The notes: generated by a model from the letters alone, not told the origin. Positions 12,815-26,790 are shown, counted from the stretch's first letter. The stretch is DNA of 64,000 bases from Octopus bimaculoides (GCF_001194135.2 NC_068982.1:172523590-172587589); one strand, 5' to 3'. A program made the numbers and translations.

Positions 12815-13425
12815 TTTGCCACAAGGGCAGCATGAAAGAGGAGATTAAGTCGATTACATCGACCCCAGTGCTTAACTGGTCCTTATTTAATCGACCCCGA
12901 AAAGCTGATGATGATGATAATGATAACCTTCTCTACGATAGGCACAAGGCCTGAAATTGTGGGGAAGGGGGGGATAGTCGATTACATCAACTCCCAATGT
13001 TTCGTTGATACTTAATTTATCGATCTCGAAATGATGACGATGATGATTTCAAATTTTGGCACACGACCAACAATTTCGGAGGATGGGGTCAGTTGATTAC
13101 ATCGACCGCAGTGATCAACTGGTATTCTTATTTCGTGGACCCCACTCCCGTAAAGGATAAAATGTAAAGTCGGCATTTGATCATCGCTTGCTCCAGAGAG
13201 AGCTAACTTAGAGCCATAACGACAGTTAACAAGCCATTTCATTTGTATTTAGTTATGCGGGCTGTCAGAGAGATATAATACCTTCTTATTTAGGTCTACA
13301 AGTTTCAAGGGACGCAGGTTTGTTGATGCCATCAACTCAAGTACTGGAGTTGGTTTTATTTTATCATGCCCGGATGGATAAAATAACCTTGATCGGCGGG
13401 ATTTGAATCAGAATATTAAAAATTA
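12815..13425 (-). mobile_element. Four tandem partial copies of SINE family B
   Basis: Variants of CACAAGG...GTCGATTACATCGACCCCAGTG..AACTGGTACTTA..TATCGACCCCGAAAG start near 12816, 12941, 13056 and 13292. Confidence 0.75.
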
Positions 13426-14551
13426 TCGCTTCACAAAGTTACACACCGTTCAATGAAACTCAATACCTGGTCGATAATTGTTTCATCGACCCCAAAGTAT
13501 GAAATAGAAAGACTCCAAGCAAAACAACTCCCAGCAAAAGGCAAGAGAAAAGTTCCATTAAAACAAGTGGTTTAATGTTTATGTCTTTCATTGTTTTATT
13601 AAGGAAATCAAATAAAACGTGACATTTTTTTGCATGTGTAATGGCCATTACATACATACATACATTGTTGTGCTGTCGTTTTGTACAAGTCATATATTGT
13701 AAGTTAATAAGTTACTTAACAAAAAAACTATTTGTTTAATTACTTTGACAAATATTTATGGCATTTAAATGAAATGTGATATTCGTTCTGTGACTTTTAT
13801 TTCCGTTCACCAATGCGAGGTCTTTGAAGTTTTCGTATTCTTACCGAAAGAAAAAGTATTCCTCCCACCCCCTCGCTCTTCCTCCCCTCACTTCCCTCTC
13901 CCTCCCCGCTCTTTCTCCTTTGAGCTATGTTCTCAGATCGAATCCCATCTGTCGTCTTTCCAGTGGTGGCCTTGTGGCTTAACTAACTATCTAACAGAAA
14001 TCGTTAGTGGTTTTTGTCGCGTCACCAAGTTGGCTGGTGACGGGTGCCTTTGTTTTCTTTCGTGCCGCATTGCTGAGATTCCTAAATTCTTCAGCTCGTA
14101 CACATCTTTCTCAAAGCTTTCCCTCGAATAAACGTTGCGCCATTGAGTTCAAAGCAGAGGTGATTTTTCTCTTTTAAAGAGTGAGTGAGAGAAATGCTTT
14201 CATTTTTATTTAATTATTTCTATTGGTAGATATGTAAAAACACTTTGAAAGAGAGGAGTCCACCACACAAGCGTTACGCTCTCGCACACATTCATTGACA
14301 TGTTGAGTACATGGCATTAATTAATTAATTCTATCTTTTTTAATACGGGTAATTTTTTTTTTTTTGCAAGTCTTTTTCCCGACCATAATTAACGCTAGAT
14401 TTAATTTGATAAGATAAAGAATACCTGAAGATAGCATTAATTAATGAAGTACAGTTGGTTACCGATGAAAGCTTTGTGAACGATATCTACTCTATGATGT
14501 GTGTACGTGTGTGTCTGTGTGTATGTATGTATATTTATCTATCTATAAAGT

Positions 14552-14583
<32 letters not shown>

Positions 14584-14734
14584 TGTGCATCGCGCGCACG
14601 TGTGTGAGCAAATATGAAACATTTAGAGTGGGAGCCAGATTTTCAACTTATTCTGTTTTCTAAAGTTCTTTATTATTTCCGAAATAAAATATCCCTTTTC
14701 ATTTGCATTCTTCAAAAAAAAGTAAGCAATCTGA

Positions 14735-14794
<60 letters not shown>

Positions 14795-15069
14795 CGTCCT
14801 CTCTTTCTGTATATATATANNNNNNNNNNTATATATATATATATATATATATAAAGATAGATAGAGAGAAAGAGAGAGATTATAAATCTACCCCTTTTTT
14901 TTTGTTGTTGCTTACGACGGTTTTTTGGGAAGACGAAGAGATCCCTTAATATTTAAATCCTTCAAAAAAAAAAAAAAAAGGAAAGCAAGAAAGAAAAATG
15001 AGAATAGAAGAATAAACCTTATGTTTTAAAATATAATTTATTATAAGGAATTGTTTATTAATAAGATGG

Positions 15070-15450
15070 TGTTGTCAGAATCAGCAAAGCAGGACAAAAT
15101 TCCTTGTTATTTACATTTTAAATTCAAAACCTGTCGTTGTTGATTTTAATCTTTCTTCCTTCCAGGATCGATGAATTAAAGTACTAGTCTTGTCTCCTAT
15201 GGTATAAACTTATATTATTATTAACTATGAACAATTTGGTAGAATCGGTAGAGCGGTGGGCAGAATGGCTTGAGATATTTGATTACGTCCCCTTACGTTC
15301 TGATTTCAAATCTCGTCGAGGTCAATTTTACCTAACCTCATCCAGTGTCGATAAAAAGAAGTAGTAGTCAGAGTACTGGGAGTGATATAATCGACTGTAC
15401 CCCTTTTCCAGATTTCTGTGACCCTGTTCCAAAGTTAGAAATCATGCTAT
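15070..15450 (+). mobile_element. Two diverged SINE family B copies
   Basis: TGGTAGAATCGGTAGAGC..TTACGTTCTGATTTCAAATCTCGTCGAGGTCAATTTT..GTCGATAAAA..AATCGAC aligns with the copy at 43610-43812. Confidence 0.65.
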
Positions 15451-15539
15451 TAATATTTCCCATCGTTAGGTTCTTAAGATAAGTGTCACCTGTCTTTGAG
15501 TTTACCTTATTTAAATATGAGATTGAAATAGCTTGGATA

Positions 15540-16270
15540 GATCGATAGCTAACTCAATAGTGGGGGGGGGGGGAATAGGTTGAAAAAGAGAGATGGATAA
15601 ACAGATAAATAGATAAAAAATATGTAGGTTGGGTGGATAACGAGAAGAACAGAGAGAGTAGCGGGGATAGAGAAATATTGGGAAAGTGATAGTAAAATAT
15701 TAGCGAACGTGCGAAAGAGAATGTGTTGTAATAAGAAAAGAGTGAAAGAACGCGTAGGGAATAAAAGAAAAGACTGTATGAGAAGTGGTGGGAGAAGTAG
15801 AGAGAAGTAAGTGAAAAAGAAAAAAATTTTATAAATAAAGAATGGATAAATAGATTTAGAAATTGAAAGAGGGAAGGGGTAAGTGGGGGATATCGAAATG
15901 GGAGAAATTAGAAAAAAAGGAAAAGAGAAAGAGGGAAATGTGGCGGAGGTGGGAAGAAAATCGAAGAGAGAGTAATAAAGAAATTGAAAAAAGAAAAATT
16001 GTATAGAAATCTTTGACTAAAGCAGTGAGGGAGGCTTTTCAGAGGGAGGGAGAGAGAGAGAGAGAGAGAGAGAAATTGAAAGAGTATCAGAAAAAGTGAG
16101 AGAAAGAGAGAGGAAGACGAAGAGAATGATAAAAGAAACAAAAAGAGATAGATAGATAGAAAGGCAGATAATCACAAATAGATTGATACAGAGAGAGAGA
16201 GAGAGAACGAAAAATAGAAAGAGAGAATGGTGGGGGGGATCAGCGATAGATAGATAGAACGGACGGTTTT
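15540..16270 (+). repeat. Long purine-skewed low-complexity tract
   Basis: About 730 bp dominated by A/G, including (GA)n and (GATA)n. A pyrimidine tract follows at 16375-16488. Confidence 0.85.
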
Positions 16271-16649
16271 CAAAACAAGCAAAGTATTCGGATGTCATAA
16301 GAATTTTCGTTTGTTTTGCAATCCTGGGGAAAACTCAAAAGAAAAACTGCTGACTTGGAAATCTCTTCCAAACTGTATTTTCCCTCCCCTTCCTCCTCCT
16401 CTTTCCACCTCCTTCTGACGACGACTCTTTTCCATGACTTACTTTCCTCTCTCTCTCTCTCTCTCTCTCTCCCTCTCTCTCTCCTCTCTATGTTATGACG
16501 TAACATAGTTGCGAGATCAATACAGCTGAGTAGTTTTGTCTGATGTTGTGCAGTGTGTGAGAAAGAATAAGGCCGGCCGCCATTGCCTGATAGAGGTTAA
16601 TGTACTGTGAGCGGTTACGCGCGCGTATATTCTGTGTATGTGTGTGTGT

Positions 16650-16693
<44 letters not shown>

Positions 16694-17430
16694 NNNNNNN
16701 NNNNNNNNNNNNNNNNNNNNNNNNNNNNNNNNNNNNNNNNNNNNNNNNNNNNNNNNNNNNNNNNNNNNNNNNNNNNNNNNNNNNNNNNNNNNNATATATA
16801 AAAGCGTTATGTATATATCTTTTCTATGTTATGACTGTATGTTACAAGAAGGGGGGAATGTCTGAGTGTGCGTATGTTTGTATAAAGCAAGCAGACAGTA
16901 CGAAGTCTGTAATGCGCATATGCGTCTGTGGGCGGGGGGCTGTCCTATGGGAGCTTCTGTTTAAAAACTTCCTGTGTGTGTACATGTACGGTTATATAAT
17001 AATGTATCTGTATATGTGTGTATGTAAGGCTTGCAGCAAATGTTGAGTGAGTTCGAGATGACATGTTTTCTTAGTCGTGTGTCGGTGTTCGCTCTTTGTA
17101 ATTACGTATGTGATGATGTGTTTAACTGTGTATAGGAGCTACGTGTATAACATGAGCATTTCGCTGCTTAATGCACTTTCTATATGCTTATCACTTTTTG
17201 TTTGATGCACCCTATACCATTCACTGTGAGGTTTGCATTTCGTTACGTACTTAGACACGCGCAAACATACACAAATACGTGCGCACAGGCACAGACACAC
17301 GCACACACGTGTGAAGAACTATCTAGGTAAACGGTATTAAAACGTGTGCGTATATATACACAGACACATATATATATATATACACATATACATACTTACC
17401 TACATATATATATGTGTGTATATATATATA

Positions 17431-17634
17431 TTTGTCATAAGACTGCGGGGTTTTTACTTGAAAAAAGCGACCCCGATACTCATTTTTTAAAGCGTGGTAA
17501 ATATATTCTGTTGGTCACTTTTGGCTAATAGCTAATTTACAGGGAATGTAAACAAAGAAACTCCGGTTGTCAAGCGGGGATGAGTAAACACAAACCCCAA
17601 AACACACACACTCACTCACACACATGTGCGCACG

Positions 17635-17674
<40 letters not shown>

Positions 17675-17826
17675 GAGCTCGCACACAGTTTGCGTCTACA
17701 AAATGAATTCACTCACGAGGCATTGGTCTATCAGAAGATATTTTGCCTGCGGTGGCGCGTGTGGAACCGAAGTCGAAAGCATGTGGTTGCAAAGTGAGCT
17801 TCTTAATCACAGATATACTTGTGCCT
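17431..17826 (-). mobile_element. SINE family A, old full-length copy that retains CpG
   Basis: Tail, (CA)n and head are all alignable despite heavy divergence. Confidence 0.7.
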
Positions 17827-18077
17827 ATATAGTCATAGTTGCCTCCATAACCATGCACAAACACACCATATTGTTATAAAAGTGAAATTGCTTGAGAAGC
17901 TGGTGTGGGATTTTTCGACGTTTCGGACAATTTTCTTTTTCCAAAGTTTGAGAACTATTTTTTTACCTCAGCCTAAATCTATCAGACATTTCGACAATGG
18001 TAAAGGTTGACAGGAAGTGGTATATGCCCATATACTTACTAATGTATGTATGTGTGTTATATACCTGTGTATGTATA

Positions 18078-18114
<37 letters not shown>

Positions 18115-18739
18115 CAACAATATGTATTTATATATAACAAACAATATATATATATGTACACACACACATAGTATATACATGTGTGTATATACACACAACC
18201 ACACAGGTATGTTTCTTTATATGAATAGTTATATTTGGGTGTATCTGTGTGTGTGCACGCATGCATATACGTACGTCATTTACATAGATTTTATACATAG
18301 TCAACAGGTAAGATCCGGAGATACTCGATATAGAAAACACGTTGAAGTGTTCAAATGATTTAGGTTATATATGTCTATATATATAAGGGCGATTCTTTCT
18401 TGTCTTGGGATTCATCGTCAAACGGCTGGGTGGAATTGCACGAAAAATTACACAGATGTGTAGAATGATCTGGTGGTGTTGCTAGGCTTTATATTTTTTT
18501 CATAACACCCGTGGTTACCGAGATAATTTGCTATAATAATACTCTTGTGACTATGAATGAGAAAGGAAGGGGTAATGTCACACTTGGTAGTAGGATGATG
18601 AAAATAGTACGCTGAAAGGAATAAATCAAACAGCGTTTCAACTCTTTGTGAATATATGTGTGTGTGTGATGTAAAAGGGGGGTATGTGAATGTGTGTGCG
18701 CGCACAATGGAAGTGGGATTTTTTGTGAAGTCTTTCTTT

Positions 18740-19175
18740 GTAGTGTTTCAGTTATTTGTTTTTCAGTTTCAGATGTTTTCTTTTTTCTTTAGGTTTTTAA
18801 ATTTTGTGTAATATTCCACATTGAGTTTGAGGTATTTAATGTTTTTCAGTTATTATTGTTTTGTTGTTTTTTGACCTCTGAAAAATTTTTAAGATTTTTG
18901 ACCCATTTTTTAATTTCTTTTGATTTTTGTTTTATTTTTTGTTTGTTTCTGTTGTTTTGCATCTTTGTTGCTTACTATTTGGGTTTATTTTTTGATTTGG
19001 TTGAATCTTGGTTTTTTTTTTTTTTTGGTCAGTTATTTTTAGCGTTTTGACAGAAAAAGTCATCCTAAAATTGATTTTTAACGTAAGCGTGCCCAAACAA
19101 GTCGAATGCTTACACAGAGCCGGTTTTACAGCCACATCATCCAAACCGACCGGGTGAAACCGGGCTTAAATTATA
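18740..19175 (+). mobile_element. Possible non-autonomous Helitron-like remnant
   Basis: A T-rich body ends in a GC-rich CCGGGTGAAACCGG hairpin-like motif near 19150-19165. The expected CTRR terminus is not evident. Confidence 0.3.
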
Positions 19176-19706
19176 TATCTCTTATATGTGCATACATGTT
19201 TATCTTGTGTGTGTGTGTGTGTGTGTGTGCATATCATCCAGTGTTTTAAATCTGGGTTCTGTCCCCGTTAACGGGGTAGGCCGGATCTACCTCAATGTCA
19301 TAACAACCGAGGTAGGTAGGTGCATCCCACCCCAGCCTTTGGGCTCGCCGGTGCCTATTCTCCCTTACTACCATGAGGCTTTTTTGGATCTGGATTTTCT
19401 ACGGGGAGCATGTCCTTGCTTACTCCCAACCTCAGTTTCTAGACATGAGTGGCCCCAAGACCAAGACTTCCTCCACGATTTTAAAGTAATGTGGTGGAAA
19501 ACTAGCTCAAGAAGGCTACTCCCTGAGACCCCTTTCGCAGCACCATGTTCGTTCTGTTGTCGGTAAACAAAGTCCGTTTTGTTTTTATCCTCCCGTTCAT
19601 TTTTCTAACGTCCTGTACCCGGATATGCAACTATATATACATGTAGATGTAGGTATGTACATATATGTATGTATACATGCGTATGCTTATATATCATTTG
19701 TATTAT

Positions 19707-19765
<59 letters not shown>

Positions 19766-20069
19766 AGAGAAAGAAAGAGAGATAGGTAGATACATATATA
19801 TGTGTGTGTATGTATATATATATAAAGAATATAAAAGATATATTAGGTATATGTATAGCATGCAGCATATGTATAGTTAATAATAAATTATTATATTCTT
19901 TATGCAAGTATGCATTTGTACATATACAGAGGTGTGGATATATACATTATATACACCGGAGGTATTTGTGGGAAGACCAAATAGGCGTGAGAACGTCTGC
20001 GTGGGTGAGCTTTTGTAGTAGTCTTGTGCGTGTTCGTATGTGTGAAATATGCGGGATATTTTAGTCTGT

Positions 20070-20146
<77 letters not shown>

Positions 20147-20294
20147 ATACAAATAATATGTGAGTATATGTATGTACATACTTACATCTACCTGTATATA
20201 TAGATGCATATCCGGGTGCAGGACGTTGCAAAAAAAAAAAAAAAAACGTGGACAAAATGATAAGCAGAGCACAGAAAACACACAGGCCACATAG

Positions 20295-20332
<38 letters not shown>

Positions 20333-21024
20333 CCTGCTCTTCATATTTCGGCGCAGTCGCAGTTACTGCTCGTATGGCATGGCTTTCACAGTGCGTGTGT
20401 GTCTGTTTTTGATTTCTTATGGTTGTATCTCGACCTCATAGTGTTTATCGTGACCTGCGCGTATATTATATTATGCCTTATATATAACATACTTACAAGG
20501 CGGAATGAAAGCGTGCACGCGTGCGCTCACTCACACTCACATATTTCAGTGTAAGCATATCGTATAAGTTCGTGTTGTGCATGTGTGTCTGCGTAAGTAT
20601 ATGAATGTGTGTGTGTGCGTATATGTATTTACATTTTTATATACATTTATATATATATACACATATCGGAATATTTGTACATAAATGCGTGTTTTACTAG
20701 CCTATTAGTTATGCGCATTTGTGTTTGTGTGGGCTTCTCGCTGTGATCTTACGTAATATTAGCGTACGTATGTGTGTGTGTAGGCTGAGAATTATGTATC
20801 AGTGTGTGTGTGTGCGTGTGTGTGTGTGGTCATACATGTTTGCATTTGTGTGTTGTGTTTCTGTAGGTATAATATCGGTGATACATATGTATGTATAACC
20901 ATTGTCTCTGCACGAACTACCTGCATATGTGGTATACATTTATGTATGTCGTGACTCAGTCGTGTGCGCGCGCGCGTGTGTGTGTACGTGCAGCTTCACA
21001 TGATTTAAGTGGTGCTGTGTTCGC

Positions 21025-21056
<32 letters not shown>

Positions 21057-21320
21057 GTGTGTGTGTGTGTGCCAGATTATGTTTTGGATTTTTCGTTATG
21101 TGTGTTTCCTTCTGTATAGTTTCTTTTATGTTATAAATTTGGCAGTCTTTCGGTATCAGTAGACATCATCATTCACCCTCTTTTTCAGCATAACTTCTTT
21201 ATCTGTGTCATGAAAGAACTTTGTGTGGATGAATGACATTGTCTACTAATACTGAAAGATTGGCGTGTGTGTGTGTGTGTGTGTATCTATCTGTCTATAT
21301 ATATATAAATATATATATAA

Positions 21321-21368
21321 GGGCATTACTGTACAAGAATGCCGAGGCATTCTCGTATAGTAATGCCC
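21321..21368. repeat. 23-bp near-perfect palindrome within TA runs (mini-MITE-like)
   Basis: GGGCATTACTGTACAAGAATGCC-GA-GGCATTCTCGTATAGTAATGCCC; 21 of 23 positions are Watson-Crick pairs. Confidence 0.9.
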
Positions 21369-21495
21369 CTATATAAATATAAATAATTATGCTCTTGGGA
21401 AGAATGGATGGATTTTTTTCCCTTATGAAGTTTTTTTTACTCTAGCTACCTGATAAGTTCTTGTAAAAGATCTTATCCTATTATTGAATATATAT

Positions 21496-21531
<36 letters not shown>

Positions 21532-21795
21532 GTATGTATTCTACAGAATTCTCGAACGAAAGGTGGCTGGCTTCTGGTTTTTCCCGTCTTCAACCCGATT
21601 TTCGGTCTTCACAACCATCCTACATTTGAGATTTCTTTTATTTTTCTATAGACTTTCGATTCATTCGGCGCTTCTAAGTTTGTTTACAAAATACATATGT
21701 GCGTGAGTGTGCGCGCACACGCGAGTGTCTGTATATTTGTACTGGAATATGTATTACGTGTTAATATGTGCGATAATGTTCTTCATACCTAAGTA

Positions 21796-21832
<37 letters not shown>

Positions 21833-21840
<8 letters not shown>

Positions 21841-22821
21841 ACACTTCTATCGCCATTATATACAAACAAACCATCTTCTCTCACTATAAATATTGACAGA
21901 CGCGNNNNNNNNNNTTCCCGCCAGAACACAAACTGACCAATCACAGCCCCTAATAAGGTCACGTGATAGTGTTATTCTAATGATTTTCTGGAGCCCCTAT
22001 TTTACTATAAATAGACTAAATTATCCCCGCCAATTCGTCGCGCCCCAGATCGTCTAGATCTGGCCGTCGGCCACACACGCGTAACACAGCCAGCCAGTTT
22101 CCAGCGACGACATCAACACCCTCATACAACTATGAACTACAAGCATCGTCCCCGACGTCGCCAGCAGCAACACGACACTNNNNNNNNNNACGACTACCAG
22201 CATCGTCCCCAACAGCGTCAACATGACTTCTACGTACACGAGCTACCGACAGCTAACCGCAGAATCTCTCTTCGATCCTGTTTGTGTGAATCACCTCACC
22301 ACGAAATAACAGCCAAGAACCCAGCCTGCGAAGAACATCTTTATTCAAGAACCCGGCTTGGCATGGAAGCCCTAACATCACAACTAGTGATCGCTCTGCC
22401 CCACACGCCTTAACTTCTTATATACAGACACTTACCACNNNNNNNNNNAAGAACCCGGCTTGGCATGGAAGCCCTAACATCACAACTAGTGATCGCTCTG
22501 CCCCACACGCCTTAACTTCTTATATACAGACACTTACCACTGTGTACTCTAAGAACTGGTATCTTAAATCCTTATACGTGTTACCGACTCTATTCAATAC
22601 TGTGTATCTCTCGCACCCACATACATGTATTACTTACATACACTCTTTTGTTTACATGACGGCCTGTCTTTTGTTGTGTTTTATTATGTCGCATTCACAC
22701 ACACACAGACATACGATTTAATGCTCCAATAAATACTACTGTTATTCATCTTCATACCGTTGTGTTCCTATCGTCTTCCTTATTGGCATTTACGAATTCT
22801 CTATGTTATCAAAGTATAACA
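21833..22821 (+). mobile_element. Probable solo LTR inserted in (TA)n
   Basis: A CpG-rich block flanked by (TA)n on both sides. It has CCAAT (21937), CACGTG (21960), TATAAA (22006) and AATAAA (22728) in that order, and ends ..GTATAACA. A 5' TG terminus is not clear. Confidence 0.5.
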
Positions 22822-23061
22822 TATATATATATATATCATTTGATATATTTTTGTGTTCGACCGTGTGACGCGTTTATAAAAGGAGCCTGTTTTTCCATTC
22901 GTCACCATTTCTCCCTTTTGGTTCGCACGGTCGTTCTTACATATATATGCATGTAGCCAATGAATGAAGGACTTCACGGATATTCGTCGACATATATATA
23001 TATATATAAGCCGACATTAGTGATACATATAAATGTAACGTATGTTATGTTTGCTTACACA

Positions 23062-23062
<1 letters not shown>

Positions 23063-23133
<71 letters not shown>
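23063..23133. repeat. (CA)n microsatellite
   Basis: Seen directly in the sequence. Confidence 0.97.
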
Positions 23134-23136
<3 letters not shown>

Positions 23137-23546
23137 CTGGTGATTCATTCCATTGCAACTCAGAGATTCTGTTCACCTGTGTTCTATCAGTGAGTCGATC
23201 AAACCTTTTTGTGTCATCGATAGCAGACGACAGAGAAAGTCCGGTTAGCAATTGAATAAATCATCGGCTGTCTTCTCTGTAATAAATCTTCTTTAAGCGC
23301 CCGGCAGCCGAACAGCATTTCAAAATACTGCGCCAGGTTATTTCTATCGCTCATTAAAATTTCAGTTTCGTTTCATGTCGTGTCTCTGCCAATAGCATCA
23401 ATGTAACCGAATGAGCTTCGTACACTATCAGGGTATAAGGAAGTTTCCAAAACTAACATCCGATAAGGCTTGTTATTCAACATGAGCAATGACGATGGAA
23501 GCCTACCTTCCGTTGAGCAGTCATACCAGAGATGGATTGATTATAC

Positions 23547-23940
23547 TCTTTTACTTGTTTCAGTCATTTGACTGCGACCATGCTGGAGCACCGCATTTAG
23601 TCGAGCAAATCCACCCCAGGACTTATTCTTTGTAAGCCTAGTACTTATTCTATCGGTCTCTTTTTGCCGAACCGCTATTTTACGGGGACGTAAACACACC
23701 AGCATCGGTTGTCAAGCAATAGTGGGTGGACAAACACAGACACACAAAAACACATACATACATATATACATATATACGACGGGCTTCTTTCAGTTTCCAT
23801 CTACCAAATCCACTCACAAGGCTTTTGTCGACCCGAGGCTATAGTAGAAGACACTTGTCCAAGGTGCCACGCAGTGGGACTGAACCTGAAACCATGTGGC
23901 TGGTAAGCAAGCTACTTACCACACAGCCACTCCTGCACCT
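23547..23940 (-). mobile_element. SINE family A, full length, young
   Basis: Complete head, core, microsatellite and tail. Confidence 0.92.
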
Positions 23941-24705
23941 AATTCGCCTATGTCCATAAATCTCTTCTTTGGTCCTGTGTTTACGCCGTAAGATTTTTTT
24001 GACCCTTATGAAAGAGGCTTGGTGTATGTACCATCAAAACTATATTGAAGTTCCTTCGCCATTCTACAGTTTTCAGTTCCTTAGGGAGGAAAATGCTCTC
24101 TACGTAGCTTTGATTTTGTTTCAGTCATTGGATTACGGCCATGCTGGGGCTTCGTCTGGAAGGGTTTTTAGTCGAGAACAATTCGAGCCCAGTACTTCTT
24201 TTTTCACAGCCTCGTATTTATTCAACCGTTCTCGTTGCCGAACGGGTACATAAGCAAACCAATACACGCGCGCGCGCACACAAACACACAGACACGCACG
24301 AGTCAGTGCATGTGTGTTTTGTGGTATGTTATTTCTAACGAATGTGTAGCTGTTACTCGGCCTTCTGATATCCACCGTTCTCGATTCCACTGTTAATACT
24401 CTACAGCATATGCTTCAAGGAAATTATTGATCTGCCGAGAGACATATTGATCCCCAGAAATTATGCACGTTGTTCGTTCTCGCAGAATTATTATAATGGA
24501 CATTCCAATAGTTTTCTTTTCTGTATTCTACACGTTCTTGACTATTGTGTGTGTGTGGTGTGTATTTGAATGTGGGTGCGCCTATGTATATGCATACATG
24601 TGTGTATGTGTCCACACGTCTCTTTGTGTTTATTAGACTTAAAATAAGTACTGGGGTAGGTTTGTTCAACCAAAGCCCTCCAAAGGTGTATTCCAGCATG
24701 GCCAC

Positions 24706-24749
<44 letters not shown>

Positions 24750-25477
24750 AACAATATATGAGTATATGCATATATATGTACATGCCTTCATCTACATGTA
24801 CATATAGATACATAGCTGGGTACATGACGTTGCAAAAAACATGGACAAAATGATAAACAAGGTTAAAAAAACACGCAGGCCGCATAGAGAACATATCCTT
24901 CATCAGCTGCCACCATTAAAACACTGGCGTTTCGAAGAGTTACACACACATACATACATACGTACGTACGTACAAAAACATTCACACACGCTCACACATA
25001 AATATACATACACTGAACACCATTAGTTTAATGGAGTACTTTGTGTGTGTGTATATGTGTGTGTGTGTGAATGCGCGTGCGCTCTTACACAGATATGGTT
25101 AATGACTGATTAGTTGTTTTCACGGTCATTGACCGGGCCATCAAAACAACTTTGCCTTTCCTTAAACTAACCAATTACCTCCCCTCCTTCCTTCATTATC
25201 TTTTTCGCTAATATTCCTTCGCCCACTTCCACTCTCATTTCTCATTCACTTCACTCACTTTCTCCAGACACTCCCCTCTCGCGCATGCTCAACAATGTAT
25301 TTTCGTTTTCTATTTCATGTCATTCTTCACTCTGTCTCCGATCTCATAGAATAGGGACGAGGAAAATCTGTTCTCGTTCCCCAATGAAGGGTTTTGATCG
25401 AATCCAGGGTAACACGTTTCCAAGTGGAACTCGAACTCAATCACCTCTTGGTCTCATTAGTATCACTTTTTAAACAT

Positions 25478-25850
25478 AGATGTAGACTTCGCTCTGTGGT
25501 AAGAAGCTTGCCTCCCAACCACACGGTTCCGGGTTCAGTCCTACTGCGTGGCACCTTCGGCAAGTGTCTTCTAATACAGCCTCGGGCCGACTAAAACTTT
25601 GTCATTGGATTTGGTTGGCGGAAACTGAAAGAAGCCCGTCGTGTACACACGCACATACACACACACATACACGTATATATTATGGTGTGTTTGCGTCCCC
25701 GTAACTTAGCGGTTCGTCAAAAGTAGCCGATAGAATAAGTGCCAGACTCAAATAAGAAAGTAGTGGGGTCGATTCATTCGACTAGAAAAAAATCTTCTAG
25801 ATGGTGCCCCAGTATGGCCGCTGTCTAATAACTGAAACAAGTTTAAAAGA
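25478..25850 (+). mobile_element. SINE family A, full length, diverged but CpG-retaining
   Basis: CCGGGTTCAGTCC..GCCTCGGGCCGAC..AAGCCCGTCG..GCGGTTCG..CCGATAG are all retained. Confidence 0.85.
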
Positions 25851-25854
25851 AAAC

Positions 25855-25916
<62 letters not shown>

Positions 25917-26361
25917 CGAAGAATATATGCATGTATACACACATATTTGTACATACTTACATCTACATGTGTATATAAATGCATATCAGGGTACAGGACG
26001 TTAGAACAATGAACTACAGAGAATGGAACGAACACATAGGAAAACAGATAGCCACTTGGAATAATTCCATCGTCAGCTGCCTCTATTCTAACTATATATA
26101 TATATACATAGGAAAAGTTGAAAAAGGAGACGAACGCTCAAGATGTTATTTATATCTTCTACAAATGTAGAAGATATGAAGATATAAATGTTTTAATAAC
26201 ATCCTGGGCGTTTGTCTCCTTTCAATTTTTCCTATTTTCTCCTAAATACGACTTACTTATCCCGGAATCAAATCACACAGAAATGTTAATCATTGTTTCG
26301 TAGGACACTTAAGCAACATTTAGCTACCTTGTAATTATACCCCTAGACCTTTCCTATAAAT

Positions 26362-26396
<35 letters not shown>

Positions 26397-26790
26397 GATT
26401 GTCTCTTCTTGCTAGTTAATTCAACTTGAATGTTTTTTCCGATTTAGTTTTATCTTTGCATATCTTTGCGCGGATGTCCCTCGCTAAGAAATGAATTGAT
26501 AGTGAGACATCTATACGTGAGTGAATTTAAGTGACGAAAGCTTGTACAGCCCTTTTGGGACTGTCTCGGTCGCAAGAGTAGATTCCAGTAACAGGTATCG
26601 CACGATTCCTGCTACTATCTTTCTCCTGGAAGAGTACCCTGGGAATGTATTTAACCCTTAGATGGTACACTGACTGTTACTACCGGACCAGAACGGACAG
26701 GGAGTTATTGTAATTAAGGGGTAACTCTGTATTACCCAACAATTCCGGAACTGGAATCACAAAAACGGATGCAGTTTAATATCATACACT

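Noticed and set aside
18285-18315. Possible microexon before the strong donor CAG|GTAAGA
   Set aside because: The polypyrimidine tract is weak and nothing else supports it. Such motifs are expected by chance.
22347-22540. Exact 92-bp direct repeat (22347-22438 / 22449-22540)
   Set aside because: The copies flank a 10-N gap, which is the signature of unmerged overlapping contig ends.
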